DNA of 64,000 bases from Octopus vulgaris (lineage: Eukaryota), in the NCBI GenBank assembly GCA_951406725.2, contig OX597814.1:145824001-145888000 (forward strand). The letters run 5' to 3'. The position numbers were made by a program, and so were the translations under genes. Every line of letters begins with the position of its first letter. The stretch's first letter is position 1. Under the pieces are notes generated by a model, which was given only the letters and a program-made list of their open reading frames with translations, searched no databases and was not told where the DNA came from. This document shows positions 43,337 through 57,744 of this stretch, one piece after another.

Positions 43337-44684
43337 ACACACGCAGTGTCATAAATATTTTCTATAATTGCCAAAGTTCCCCATTTGCTTTCCATTAACT
43401 TCTAAACTACTGCACCCACAATAGCACGTTGCATTGGAAGGTAGTAACCTAATGTATTTGGCAGCTACTGATCACATAGTACTGTTTTCAACAGAAATAT
43501 GTCCTCGGAGCATCTTGCGGTTACAACCATCACAAAAAAAGCTATATGTGTATATGTATGTATATATGCATTATATATTAATGCTCATTTTTATATGAAT
43601 TTCAATATAAAGATAGTTGAAAATTCAACTAAAAATTCATTCAGTACTTTGTAATATTTTATGCAATTATTGATTTTAATATGCTGAATGTTTTCAGTTA
43701 CGCTGAAGTTTCCACTTTCTAGCCGTCATCATATACTCTAATGATATCTACTAAACTGAATCTTCGAAGTCACTATCAATCTTCGCCTCATTCTCTCTAT
43801 CGGCATCTAACTATTTATGTATATTTATGTATATGTGCATGTATGCATGCTTGTGTGCATTTTTGTGTGGTGTGTGTTCGTATGCATATGTATATACAAA
43901 TGAAGAAATATAGAGAGAGGATTGAAAGCACACATAGCCTCGGTAAATATAAAGTTTAAAACAAATACTGTAGAAAAAGAGAATGCAATTATTATTGCGT
44001 ATTTATTTCCACGATGCAAAATTTATACCATCAATCATAGCAGTGGTTTAACATTTGACAAATCAATAGGCTGAGTTTGAGACAAAAGTGAGTTTGTCGT
44101 TAAGTATTTTCGAAACCATGACATATCAATAACTTCACAATTCATCTCAGTCATTTTGATTTCAAGTAGAATCATCACAGCGTGAAGATAAACACTTTTT
44201 ACGTTTAGATATCATCGGTATATTTATTTACTTCTGTCGAGCTGCGGAAACGACCCCATTATCATTTTTTGTTTTTTACTTTCCCGATAAACTCACTTTC
44301 AAGCAGTCGTTAATGCCCGGGAAGATAGCTTCTACAATTCTTCTAGAAAAGGAAGTTAAAGAGATCCTTTAATAACGATATTTTTTCCGACGTTGATTAC
44401 CACTTATCCCTTTTTACGTATGTCCGTGCTATCTCTATACTACGTTGAAAAACTTGAAATATATTTGACCACTTACTCTTTTACTATCAATATATTTCAT
44501 TCTCTTCATTTATATACGCACAAACACACGCGTGCACACATGCACACATACACACACACACAAACAAAAACACTCTCACACGCACAAATACACAAACACA
44601 TATGTACATAAATATATATAAATATATACACTATATTATGTCTCTATATATACATGTGTATATAAAATTCAAAATACATATGAA

Positions 44685-44747
<63 letters not shown>

Positions 44748-47553
44748 ATTCACATAGCCACGAGCACGCACACACCTACACACACAAGTACACACAGACA
44801 TACACATGTTTACTGAGCAATATATATTATAATGTATGCACCTCTGCTTGCATTTATATCTGCGTTTGCAACCGATATTTTTAGTCAATAGACACCTTAC
44901 ATTCTCAAACGTCTAAAATTTATATCTGCGCCTATGGATATGCGTCTCTCTGTCTCTATATATGTGTGTGTGTGAATGTGTATGTGTGTCTGTATGTGTA
45001 TGTATACAAAAGTGCGTTGTTGTGATGGAGGTGTGTTTGCTTGTCTATTTGTGTGCATATTTCCAAACAGATTTGACAGAGTAGCTATAGAAAACAACAC
45101 TGAAGACAATAACAAAATATTTCCCCTTTCAAAATGGCTGACAACGTACGGTATAGTGTGCATTCGGATCAATATCAGATGTTTATGGTGTGCCTGCAAT
45201 TCTGTGCATGGATAAATACTTACAGAGTGAACTGTTATTATTATGATTAATGTTCTGAAACAAGCGAAGAACTTTGACATGAAATTATCTGACCGGTAAA
45301 GAAAATGTGATAAGAATATATATAATTAAATCTTTCCTAATTTCAAGAATGAATGAACTAAGAGAGAGAATATTTTATAGACACATTTCATATCTCTTTG
45401 TTAAAGAAGTATCTGTCTTATATTTGAAGATGGATAACAAGCTCTATAGCATATAAACACGTGAATAGTAAACTCAATTGATATTTGAATCTCTTTGGCT
45501 ATAGGTATAGCTCACTGTGTCTATATTAGAAATGATCAATGATAGGATTTAGCAAAACAGAACAGCGGCTTCTTGAAGCTATAGTTTTCCTCGTACCAAA
45601 ATTGCTTTTACTTACTGTATTTATTGTAAGAAAAATTGATTTTGATTTGTTACGTATGATGGACACATAATACAAACTGATGTAATAACTAAAGAGTTAT
45701 AATTTACATTTATCACTACTGATATTATTTAGGTCAGTCTGAACAAATTTGATTATGCTCTGTCTAAAATATTCAAACTTTTGACAACTATATAGAGAAC
45801 TATTTTTTTTAATAGAATCAGTATCGTGTTTCTAGGAATTTTCTAATTTAAAATAACACATCAAAGACGGTCTTTTCGAGTTTAAATCAACGTTGTAGTA
45901 GGTGTTTTAATGTTTATCTTAACGCTTTTAACTTAACTGAAGTCCAGCAAATATTGATTTCGGCGACCAACTGAAGCCAACACTTTTATAAGAAGTGGGT
46001 GTATAATCTATTCAAACAACTCTAGTTCTTGTCTGTCAGGAAGGATAAAAGTCAACATTAAAGAGTTCATTAAGTATTAGTGTCAATACTAATTGTTCGC
46101 CGTCATATGTCAATCTTAGAATATTATAATCAAGAAGAAAATATAAATAGCAGATATAAAATTTACTGTTTGAAACTCAATATAAAGTGCTTACACACAC
46201 ACACACACACACACACACGCACGCACGCAGGCACACACACACACACACACATACACACACACTCATTACAAATAAAAATATATGCAAACAAGAAAAATTT
46301 CAGGTTAGTGCATCATCTGGATGCCGAGAAATCTAATCTATATTAAAACCAATACGAACCTTATGATATAGGCCCTTGAAGATAGGAGGTAGCAGACAGA
46401 CCTCTGTCAGAAAATAACATGCTTTTATAATGAAAATAAGACAATTTCAAGTTTCACAATAAAATTATTTGAATCATGAAACATACAAAATTGTAGCATA
46501 TAATATTCACGTTGATTTGCTACTAAGCTAGTATGGAGAATGCTTACCATAACTGAAATGAGAAATGATAGAGAGAAAACATTTATTCACAGGATACGAA
46601 AGGCATCGGAAAGTTCTTGTTAGTATTTAAGAAAGAAAAAGAGCTAAGTTGAAACACAGGCACGGAGAGAATGCAGTAACTGATTTGCTACCACATCTGA
46701 TGGTTCACGAAATGCTGTTACAGTTCCGGCTCGAAATGCCAAATCATCATCTGCTGACATCAATTTGTATTCGTCAAGGATACATTAACGATACACGATC
46801 TTTGAGACGTAATCATTTTATATCTGAAAATCCATATACGTAGGATGAGAGGGTTGCACTACATCCATACTGGATTACTAAATTAGCGAGTTCTGTTTCA
46901 TTCTATCGTGCTCATTGCTTTGTCTGTTACATCTTATAAGCATTTTAAGTTGTGGAAATGATAAGTCAAACGGAAAACGAGAGGCCGTAACCAGTGGGTA
47001 AAGAAATGTACAACGATTACAAAGGCTATATTTTTGATAATAAACATCAACAATAAACGGTTAATTTTTTTTAACAATTTGATTATGTCTGAAATTTAAG
47101 CGGTTTTGTACAAAATGCTGAAGATATAGCGACCAAGTAAACAGATCAATAGTTACAATTAAATATAAAATAACTTGTTCTTCTGAAATTCCAATGTTAA
47201 CATTGCATCAAGTATCAATCAGACGAATATCATAAGTAAGAAATTGTAGATTTTGGAATATCATAAATTAATATTCTGAAAAACAGATACGTTTCTTTAT
47301 CCTTGAGACACACAAGTGTCCATGTCAATACAGTCTCTGATATATATATAGCCGTACACATGCCAATAACAACAGTCTAAGCCGTCGCTCAACAAATATC
47401 AGTGTTATTACATGAATCTATACAATGAAATACAACCTTATGTAAATGATACATTTTTCTTGATAAAATGCGAAATTGCCATACTTCATCATAAATTTGT
47501 TCGCTGAGATCTGACTTTGACATTTGTCAGCGAAAAAAACGAAACATATGTTG

Positions 47554-47620
<67 letters not shown>

Positions 47621-49190
47621 GCGGGCTACCTAATAACTTCTATTCACTAAATTCCCTCAAAAGTCATTGGTGATTATGTTTGTCCCCACTCTTCAATAAT
47701 AGATTTACTTGAAGTTTGTTATTTAGCAAAAACTTTGATTACGAGTTACAAATAATCGTTATAAAAATCGTTAATAAAGAATTATATTTAATCCTACATC
47801 TCATCACTAGCATACATAGCTGCATGGGGAATAAATGAAGATTTGAGTATTAATAGTATTGAAATATTATAGGTTAATTCAACCTGAAGTAGACAATATG
47901 AAGCAAAATTTCAATTTCTAAAATGTGTTCTCTTCTACGCGCAATACAGAGAGAAGACTCTTCATATGTACATGCTCTTTGAAGCAAATATATCCTTCAT
48001 TTCTTGTCTTGTGTTGCCTGTATATCTGTTTTGATCGTAACGCCAGAATGTGTATTTTACTTGAAATCGGTGAGACTAAATATCAATATAGAATTTAATC
48101 TTTGTACAAAAGCTCAGTCGGTGTATCATAATAAAAAGTATAACACGATGCCTCATATCTATAAGAAAGAAATAGATGCAATATCCTAGGGGTGGCTCAT
48201 ACGTAAATAATATGGTTAGAATCAGGAAATGGAACATATTAGGTGTCTGTGATTTGGTTTGGCAAATCTATCAATGCTTATAATTGAAAGGTAATAATTG
48301 TACTCAAATATAAATGTGATGAATGATTACCTAAACAAGATTGTCAAATAATGAGTCATAAATTATTAAAGTGATTTCTACTTGTTTGCAATGAGAACTG
48401 TTATCAACGTTATGCACTTCACACATTATAACTTTGGCGAAAGGGTAAACTAATTTTTAGAATAACACTTTAACGTATTTCCATTTGAATGGTTACAGCA
48501 AAGTAGATAATTCTCTCTAGATAGTAAGTTGAAATGCAAAATGTTTTTACTGCAGAATGTATGGTAAATATTCAGCTTTCATCCGTTCTCTGTAATGGCA
48601 TTTATCTGAGGTGGAATGATGATTGAGGAGAAGGTAATATATGATTAAGTATAAACAGATTTATGCAGCTACAGTTAATAACAAGAGTTTGCTGTGTAAC
48701 ATTTTGTGATATGTATCTATGCTATTATTTGGCAAGATTATCAGATTATCTGTGTATATTCCATAAACGAATTAAGGTTGTATGACGATATGTGATTGAA
48801 TCCTAGAGAGTAAACAATTTTCCTTCAATAAGCTTTCAGAACAAATCATTTCCATTCAGGCACTTTAATGAATGATGCAAATAAATGATTTCTAACATAT
48901 TTTTGAGCATGAGATGAAGTACTTATCTTTCTAGACATTTACGATGTCAACAACCTTCTCTTCGAAATACGTGTCTGAAACACTAATATATACAACTCGT
49001 AAAATTTGTTCCGGTGATAACAGGAACAATCGCAGACTAATATATGTCGTCTTTGACGGTTGTGTGTGCGTGTGTATGTGTCTGCGTGTATGCATACATA
49101 CATACGTATATATATATATATATATACATTTATTTATATATTAATATATATAAGTAGGTATATATGCACACACACATGTATATATATATG

Positions 49191-49241
<51 letters not shown>

Positions 49242-50106
49242 GTATATATATAGTTATCTATATATATACGTATATATATGTGTATGTATATGTGTGTGCA
49301 TGCGAGTGTGTGAGTGTGTGTACATATTCACATACGCACAAATATATGTATGCATAATTGCATATATGTTAGTACTTGTTTATGCATATATAAATATGCA
49401 TTACCGCTTAGGCAGGTTGTTACATACTGGAATTAATTTGAAGTGCAACAAATCCCCTTATGTCCAGTATTTCGACAATGTATTTGTTATGGCCAACATA
49501 CTGCAAACGTCACAAATGCAACATCTTTTTTTTTTTTTTAAAAGAGCCAACGTCGATTTCAGAATAAAAAAAAATAACAGATCAAATACAATTCAAATGG
49601 AACATCTACTTCAAGATCATTTAAAAGAAGCTATGCATTATAAATGAAATACGTGTAAATGCGAATATCAAATAACTACTTATATATCAGTAAACAACAT
49701 AGGAATTGTTATTCACAATGGACGCTTCGCTCCAATGAAGAAAATCTAAACAATTAAACAAACATTACTCAACAAGAAGTACATGATAAAATAAGTAGAA
49801 CAAGCTCTAAAACAATACAAAACGAAATTCATCCCCGGAATTTTAGCAGTTACAGCATGCAGTAAAAGAGAGAAAGCATGCTGAGAGTATAAGACATAAA
49901 CTAAAATTATTCTAGCTACAGTATGTATGAATGGGTTATCAAAATCTCATAAAACTGAACTTAATATGAATTAAATCTAACCACTAACAATCAGTAAACA
50001 TATATTACAGCAACGCCCGTATTAACAGAGAGTCATAAGGATGTAAACCATGAAGGCGTTTGTATGGGTAATGCGTTATAAGATTACACTTCATGGCAAA
50101 CACACT

Positions 50107-50587
50107 GCTATTATGGATATACAGGCAACAGTTCGTTGTAAAGGCTATAATGGATATATAGGCAACAGTTCGTTGTAAAGGCTATAATGGATATATAGGC
50201 AACAGTTCGTTGTAAAGGCTATAATGGATATATAGGCAACAGTTCGTTGTAAAGGTTATAATGGATATATAGGCAACAGTTCGTTGTAAAGGCTATAATG
50301 GATATACAGGCAACAGTTCGTTGTAAAGGCTATAATGGATATATAGGCAACAGTTTGTTGTAAAGGCTATAATGGATATATAGGCAACAGTTCGTTGTAA
50401 AGGCTATAATGGATATATAGGCAACGGTTTGTTGTAAAGGCTATAATGGATATATAGGCAACAGTTCGTTGTAAAGGCTATAATGGATATACAGGCAACA
50501 GTTCGTTGTAAAGGCTATAATGGATATATAGGCAACAGTTCGTTGTAAAGGCTATAATGGATATACAGGCAACAGTTTGTTGTAAAG
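50107..50587. repeat. 37-bp minisatellite, 13 copies
   Basis: Unit GCTATAATGGATATATAGGCAACAGTTCGTTGTAAAG repeated head to tail with few variants and no spacers. Confidence 0.95.
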
Positions 50588-50854
50588 TTTTCATACAAAA
50601 ACAACACGGATCCGCTCGTACGAATGAAATAATATAACCTAAAAAGAAAAATCAGAAGTTAAAAATATTAGATGATATTACACATATGGAATTCTATTTT
50701 TCAAACACAAATAGTTCCCGAAACTTTCTTCGAAGCCAATTGCAGACTTAAAGGGCATAGATGCACAAATGCACAGAAATACATATACATACATACATGC
50801 ATGCATGCATGTTATTGCATACATGTACAATCATCAACTAATAGTTTCACGTGA

Positions 50855-51360
50855 GATTTTTGATGGATCACCAGGCCTGCACAACTCAAATACCTCCTCC
50901 CACAAATCACACACACGAAAAACTGTACTCTCTCCCCTTCCACAGGTTCCCTCATAAGCCCCTCCTAGTTCTCTCATACTTCACTTTCTCCTTCTCAAGC
51001 TTTGAACAACCATCACGCACTATCTTCTTCCATCCATCACGGTCTTGTGCCTCCCTCTCCCAATCACCAGCTGCAATTCCTGTCTGTATAAGAGCATTTT
51101 TAAGGAAAAACTTAAGCCTTAGTTTAGGCTTATGCGCTGGTCTCCTGCCATTTTCCAGCTCACCATACAATAGCTGCTTGGACAGTTGCTCATCACTCAT
51201 CCTTATCAAATGTCCCCACCCCACTTCAAACTTCTACTCCACTCCTCTCAAGCACCTCCACATTACTAGTGACCATTTTCCAGTTTATCCCCCAAATTTT
51301 TCTGAGGCAATATTGATGGTATCGTTCCAATTGCCTTACATGCCTACGGTAAACAACTCA
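50855..51360 (-). mobile_element. RTE-clade LINE 3' fragment
   Basis: GHLIRMSDEQLSKQLLYGELENGRRPAHKPKLRLK...WEREAQDRDGWKKIV is typical of the RTE ORF C-terminus. Confidence 0.85.
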
Positions 51361-51442
51361 TGTCTCACACACACACATATACATACACACACACGTACAT
51401 GCATATGTGTGTGTGTCTGACTATATACACATACCCATTAGT

Positions 51443-51494
<52 letters not shown>

Positions 51495-51899
51495 GCATCT
51501 TTCATTCAATTTCCGTCTACCAAATCCACTCAGAAGGCTTTATTCGACCCGGGGTTATAGTAGAATATGTTTGACTCAAAGCTAAATGTCTATCTTATTA
51601 GAACAACATATGTTCCATACCCATATCTTCTGATTTTCTAAAATGTACAAAATCAGAGTGACAAGAATTAAAAGAATTACGAATTTGCCGAAAATGAATA
51701 ATACACGCAATCCTAAAACTAATATCGATATGTGCTACTTACCAAGGAAGAAGAAAGAAAATGTTTGTTATTAAATACAGTAATCATTAGCATTGTGATA
51801 ATGGGTCCCAAAATCTATGTCGTGCTTTTGCCTGTAGCCAGAAACTTTTAAAGTCATTGAAAAGTCAATAATAGTCAATAAAAGCCAGAAAAGTCAATA

Positions 51900-52400
51900 A
51901 AAGAAAGAAGCACGACAGGGCAATTTGAAGGCAGCTGATGCAAAAAAACAAAACCTGAGAATTTTTGAAGTAACGAACACTAGTTGCGAATCACTGTTGG
52001 GATGCTGGAGCAAAAAAGTGAATCGCTAATTATAACTGCCCAGGAAAAAGCCATTAAACTACATTAATATTGACAAAGACTGATAAAACTCAACCAGAGC
52101 ACAAACGCAGAACGTGTGGAAAAACGACTCGGCAATGAAATATTTCTTAGGTGAATATTATAAGCCAGCACAAAAGTTTAAAGCAGCGCATATGATTATA
52201 TCGGGAAAAATAAAACATTGGGATGTTAGCCGTGATTGTGGGTTAAAAGTGAAATAGAATGGGCATGAATACGAGCCAAAGGCTCTGGTGAATGATAATT
52301 ACATAATTTTAGGGGATTATAACGACAGTTGGGAGAAATATACCATGTATGATGGTAAAGGAAAAAAAAAAGAAGAAAGAAGAAAAATGTCATAAATCAA
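51900..52400 (+). mobile_element. Highly degenerate RLE-type LINE fragment
   Basis: Peptide remnants SESLIITAQEKAIK and RRTCGK resemble the pre-zinc-knuckle region seen at 2.9-3.0 kb. Confidence 0.4.
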
Positions 52401-52614
52401 AAATTTTGCAGTGCCAAAGACTCAAGCAATACACCTACTTATTGCCGCAGGCTTGTGTTCCTGATTTGTTATTCATTTCGAGATGGGAAAGAAATAATAA
52501 TTTTGAAATTAAAATAAATTTTGACGGCTTCAAAGGAAATTCGGTGAAGTACACCAAATAAATATTTTATTAGCAATAGTTATGATTATATATATATATA
52601 TATATATATATATG

Positions 52615-52668
<54 letters not shown>

Positions 52669-52747
52669 GGGGGAGAGAGATGGTTGAAATAGATAAAGAG
52701 AACAAGGAAAGCAAGATACGGTATGAGAGATAAATGAGCTGGTTGAA

Positions 52748-52805
<58 letters not shown>
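52615..52805. repeat. (GA)n microsatellites
   Basis: Directly visible. Confidence 0.9.
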
Positions 52806-52807
<2 letters not shown>

Positions 52808-53236
52808 GTATGGTACAGGATAGAAAAGCTATGCCTATAATCTTTGCAGATTTAGTGTTTTAAAATGATATTGTAATAAACTATTTCTTTTTTCGGTTTT
52901 TGGTTTTTATTTTGCTAGGAATTCCTCTTTTGAAAGAAAATGAGATATTATTTTAAGTACACCTAGAGGCGTTGTGATAAAGAAACAGATTTACTCTTAC
53001 AAGTAATAGTAGATTAAGATGGCAAGATATAATTGGCTGATAGCTTCAAATCCCATTCAACTAAATTCAATCATATTCATGTAATATAATTGATAAGAGG
53101 CAATGGTTATCAAATACGAAATCCTACGTGTTTCGTGTTGCTCATTTACAAAATATAGAAAAGATTTCGATACGTTTTGGTGGATCCTCCTTCAGTTTCT
53201 ATAATGAATATTCTCTTATTCGATCAAGTGAATTTA

Positions 53237-53922
53237 CGAGGGGTTGCTGAAAGTTCCAGACGTTAAGGGTATCGCAACAAGCCTGTTTGGAGCCCTAATC
53301 TTCCGAGTTTCTTTTTTTTACAAGGCTTAGAAAAAACTGAAGTACAGTTGTAATATGTGGTATCAAAAGGTTCACGGACCAGTTATATTTAATTAAAGAA
53401 ATAATAACTTATTTACTTAGTTTTAAAATAGTTTCCTTCGAAATAGTCACTTTGCGCTGCAATTCACCGGAATCTTCTCCACATTTTCGGGAATGGTCCT
53501 TGTGGCAACTCTTCCAGATTTCTTATCGTCTTTCACAGATGTTCTTCCCTTTTGAAGAGCCGGTGCCACTGGAAACATTGACTCCTCACCGTAAGATTAC
53601 CAAAGCATGCTCAATGTTTTTGTAGCAGACTTCCCGAACTTAACATACATGTAATCCCAAAAACACAAATTTCACAACTTGTGAAGTAAAAACAGAGATG
53701 TTTCTCAGGACACTACATCATGAATGTTATTGCTAGCTCTCACTGTGCACGCAACCGTATGCAGCCATCTGTTGGCGCGCTATAGAACTAAATCGGGAAA
53801 GTTTTGATATCACTTCGTAAATGTGTGAATCTGAGAGTGGACTATATTGAACAGAATTGTAACTAATTGATTCTCCTGTATTTTCTTTTGCCCAAAGCGA
53901 GGAACTTTTCAGCACACCCACG
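53237..53922 (+). mobile_element. Non-autonomous mariner-like element (outer)
   Basis: TIRs CGAGGGGTTGCTGAAAGTTCC / GGAACTTTTCAGCACACCCACG with TA flanks; rejoined halves give CNKCVNLRVDYIE, like a mariner transposase C-terminus. Confidence 0.8.
53354..53819 (-). mobile_element. Second mariner-like element nested in the first
   Basis: TIRs GTGGTATCAAAAGGTTCACGGA / TCGGGAAAGTTTTGATATCACTTCG; minus-strand IAAQSDYFEG remnant. Confidence 0.75.
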
Positions 53923-54625
53923 TATGTGTAAGTGGCTAGGTATTTCACAGACTCCAGTACGCTTTATATATTCCCCTGCAAGACCACGTGCACTATAAAA
54001 CTTCAACTTTGAATTTTTGGTAAAAATAAAGCCAGAGAGGATATGCAGTTAGATAAAGAAGAATGATAAATCTTATTACTGAACTTGGACTTTATATCGA
54101 ATCATAAAGTAATGAAGTCAAAATATGATTCCGTGGGATTTGAATTTTGTGTTTAGAAAGCCAGAACAAATACTGTAACATGTCCTATCCAACGTTCTAA
54201 TGAATATGACAATTATCTATATATATTTACCTAATTATAGTTTTATTTACCCCCAAAATCCTAACATATTGTTCTGTTAATTTTCGGGAACCATAGGTTT
54301 TTAAAAAGAATTCTGTCAATGACCAAGGAGTAGATTATACTAATGTTCTCTTCCCTATATCTAGTAAATTCAGGAAATAGAAACAACTGTACAGTCATAA
54401 CGTTGCTGAAGTCGAAGTTAGTTTGGTTAAAGTTGTGAGATGGAACGATATTTTATTGGCTACATTAATGAGTTATATTTTAACAAACGAAGTAGCGACA
54501 AACATTTTCCGCTTCTTGTTCAAATTTTCTCACTAACTACCGATATACACTGATCACATTTCAACAGCATTTGCATAATATAGTTCTTTGCATAATTTAT
54601 TCTGTGTGGAATACACACAGAAGCA

Positions 54626-54656
<31 letters not shown>

Positions 54657-54662
54657 AACGAC

Positions 54663-54706
<44 letters not shown>

Positions 54707-56173
54707 CACACACGATGGCCCCCTGCAGTGATACCGCAAACTTATTGCATTTCAAAAAAGATTGAGTAAATTCGAATTGTGTAATAGGAAACAATTATTG
54801 CTTCGTTCAAGGATCGAAAGTCAAACGGCTCTTTTTAAGAAGGACCAGTCTTAACCAAATCCTAGAGCTACACCAATGCATTTTAGTTATCCTATTTTAT
54901 TAAAGCATTATTAAACAGCATGCCAGCATTTTCTTTGTTTTTTAGACATTCCATGGACAATAAGATTATTATCCTTCCCCTATTACAGCCACGATACGTC
55001 GCAATAGCTCCACTCAGTAGAAAGATGTTTTTCATAGTTTTTAAGGTGTCATTCTTTTTATTGATCTCGCACCTCTTATCTACACTCTTCATCCTTTCGG
55101 AAGAGCCTGACAACGACGTCCCAGAACTATTCCGCCTGGTGGCATTGTATTCCTGTTCAAGCTTCATAAATGGGTAGCTAATTAACATTTTCAACAGAAT
55201 TCTAATTTGTTAACGAGAAGATCACGCATACTGAAAAAATCATACTCTACCACAGACTTCTAACTCAAATATTTAATGCTCATTCATTATCAAAAAATGG
55301 CATGACGAAAACTGTAAAACGAAATTTAAAATCAATGAACTAATTTCTTTGAAAGTAATAAAAGAGTATGATACCTAAGCTGAACATAATACTTTATATA
55401 ATGAGGAAGTTTAAGAAACACACGCACATTTTTTAAAACAAAGAAATAAAAGATATAAAAATTATTGTTGACAATTGAAAATATCGAAATGGTTTTGCAA
55501 TTGCTGGACTAAAGGTATAGAAATAACAATACAAGAAACAGCTAATAACCATGGTAAAGAATATCTAAAAAGTGAGTAAGGTAAAAAGAAAAGGAAGAAG
55601 GCAAAATAGCATAAAATAAAATACAGAGTATTCAAATCATCTCAGAAGAATTTGAATTGTATTCAGAAAGCAAACGCAGCAAGGAAATTGTCAACAAGAG
55701 AATTGTATAAACAGAGCAGAGTGGTAGAAATCCGCAATTAAGTATTTTTCCAGTGGGAAATTGTTAGTCAAAAGGAATCCCGGATGTTCTATGTGTAATA
55801 CACAAGCTGGAAAGTAACAAACAAATTGGATGCTTCTGCTGTGGTATCATTAGATTGTTTTGGATAATTTCACGTTTCATTGGATAGAAGATAGAGACTG
55901 GAGTGTTCAAATAAAATCTGTCGTGTTTCATACTCTTTCATCTTTCAAGAACACGCATTAAAATGATGCATATTCTCTGCAGATAGCCTCTCTCTTCCAA
56001 AGCATTGCAATACTTGTTATTGGATATAACATTTGTTATTGGTGCAATTAAACTAACGTGGAATTCAGTGAATATAGTCAGAGATCGAGTAATTCTACGA
56101 ATATTTTTATCATGTACACCTTTCTGAGTCCCGGCATTCATATTATTAGTAATAATTATTATTAATATTGCCA

Positions 56174-56762
56174 AAGCGGTGAGCTGGCAGAATCATTAGC
56201 ACGCCGGGCAGAATACTTAGCAGCATTTCGTCCGTCTTTACGTTCTGAGTTCAAATACTGCCGAAGCCGATTTCATCTTTCATTCATTCGGATATCGATA
56301 AAATATATACTAGTTAAGTTTTCGGGTCAACTGAACGTTCTTCCAAAATTGCTGCCTTGTGTCAAAACTTGAAACCAATATTACTATCGCCATTAAAGCG
56401 GCGCGCTGGCAGAAACGTTAGAGCGACGGAGAAAATGATAAGCTGTACCTCGTTTGAGGTCGACTGCGCTTTCCAGCTTTTCGGACCCGATAAAATAAAC
56501 ACTGATTGACTATTGGAGTTGATATAACCGACTTGACCTATCCCACAAAATTTCAGTCCTTGTACCTATAGTAAAAAGGATTATTATAATCATGATCATT
56601 ACAATAGTTCATATTATTGTTGCGATCTGAGTTAAAATTCAGCCGAATCCACTTTACCATTCATCCTTTCAGAGTCGAGAAAATAAAATCCAGTTGCGTA
56701 CTGTGGTCGACTATCTAACCTACTTAGACGAAATTGCTGGTCTTGTGCCAAGATTTGAAATC
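56174..56762 (+). mobile_element. Three tandem degenerate family B SINEs
   Basis: AAAGCGGTGAGCTGGCAGAA (56174), AAAGCGGCGCGCTGGCAGAA (56395) and a 5'-truncated third copy near 56627. Confidence 0.75.
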
Positions 56763-57387
56763 TATATTACTGTTATCATCTTAGTCTTTATCATACTTTG
56801 CACAAATGTACCACAAATTTCCTAATATGATTTTCAACTAAAAATTTGTAACGAATCAATATCACGCCTATAAAAAATATATTTATCTATACATGTATGT
56901 GCGGGTGTGCATAAAAACAGACTTATTATACGGGGGATAAGAATCAAACCTTATTTCCAGCAGGGTTTTCTTTGACATACCGATATTAGTCTATATTATA
57001 GAAATACCTGTCTTAGCTCACTTCTTTTCAAATTATTCAAATTATCTCGGTGATAAAAGTCTTCCACAATTTTTTGTACATTCTAACTCCTCCTCCATTT
57101 CGTGATTTCGGAGAACAAAAATTGCTTTTAAACTTCTCAGTACTTTAAAATGCAGTCTGAAAAAAGAATAGAATCTCTACATTTTGCATGATCAAACATT
57201 CTAATTTAATTAGTAAAAGTTGTCAATTTTCTCCGTGAAATATCGTCGCGTCTTACTTCAAAACAGTCTTCGATTTCCGCGTATGACCACCCATTTTTGT
57301 CTGTGCGCGTATATATATATATATATATAAAACATTATTGGTGAATTGAAGAAATGGAGCTGAACGCAGATTGAACAGAAATCGTTT

Positions 57388-57481
57388 TATTTCATTCTAC
57401 ACGTGTTTCGAAAGGCACAAATTACCAAAATCCGATTGAATAATGGGACCACATTGTGTCTTTCTCTTCAGGAAGAAAATA
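57388..57481 (-). ncRNA. Type I hammerhead ribozyme, mirror copy
   Basis: Reverse complement of 57651-57744. Confidence 0.82.
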
Positions 57482-57650
57482 GGAAATCCGTTGGAAAAAC
57501 AAAAACAGAACAGAGGCGAAGCAAAAACAAATCGAACTATGCTCCTAAGAGCCCATGGCGAAACATGGTTTCGCCATGGGCTCTTAGGAGCATAGTTCGA
57601 TTTGTTTTTGCTTCGCCTCTGTTCTGTTTTTGTTTTTCCAACGGATTTCC

Positions 57651-57744
57651 TATTTTCTTCCTGAAGAGAAAGACACAATGTGGTCCCATTATTCAATCGG
57701 ATTTTGGTAATTTGTGCCTTTCGAAACACGTGTAGAATGAAATA
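57651..57744 (+). ncRNA. Type I hammerhead ribozyme with long stem II
   Basis: TATTTTCTTC-CTGAAGA-GAAAGACACAA...TTGTGCCTTTC-GAAA-CACGTG-TA^-GAATGAAATA; palindromic stem III, GUA site after 57734. Confidence 0.85.

Noticed and set aside
50107-50587. 37-bp repeats as a CRISPR array
   Set aside because: Units are contiguous with no unique spacers, there are no cas genes and the context is eukaryotic.
54892-55194. 100-aa ORF in complex sequence
   Set aside because: No recognisable motif or splice context; more likely decayed transposon or chance.
57397-57735. Twin 110-aa ORFs on opposite strands
   Set aside because: A by-product of the palindrome; non-ATG start and no recognisable domain.
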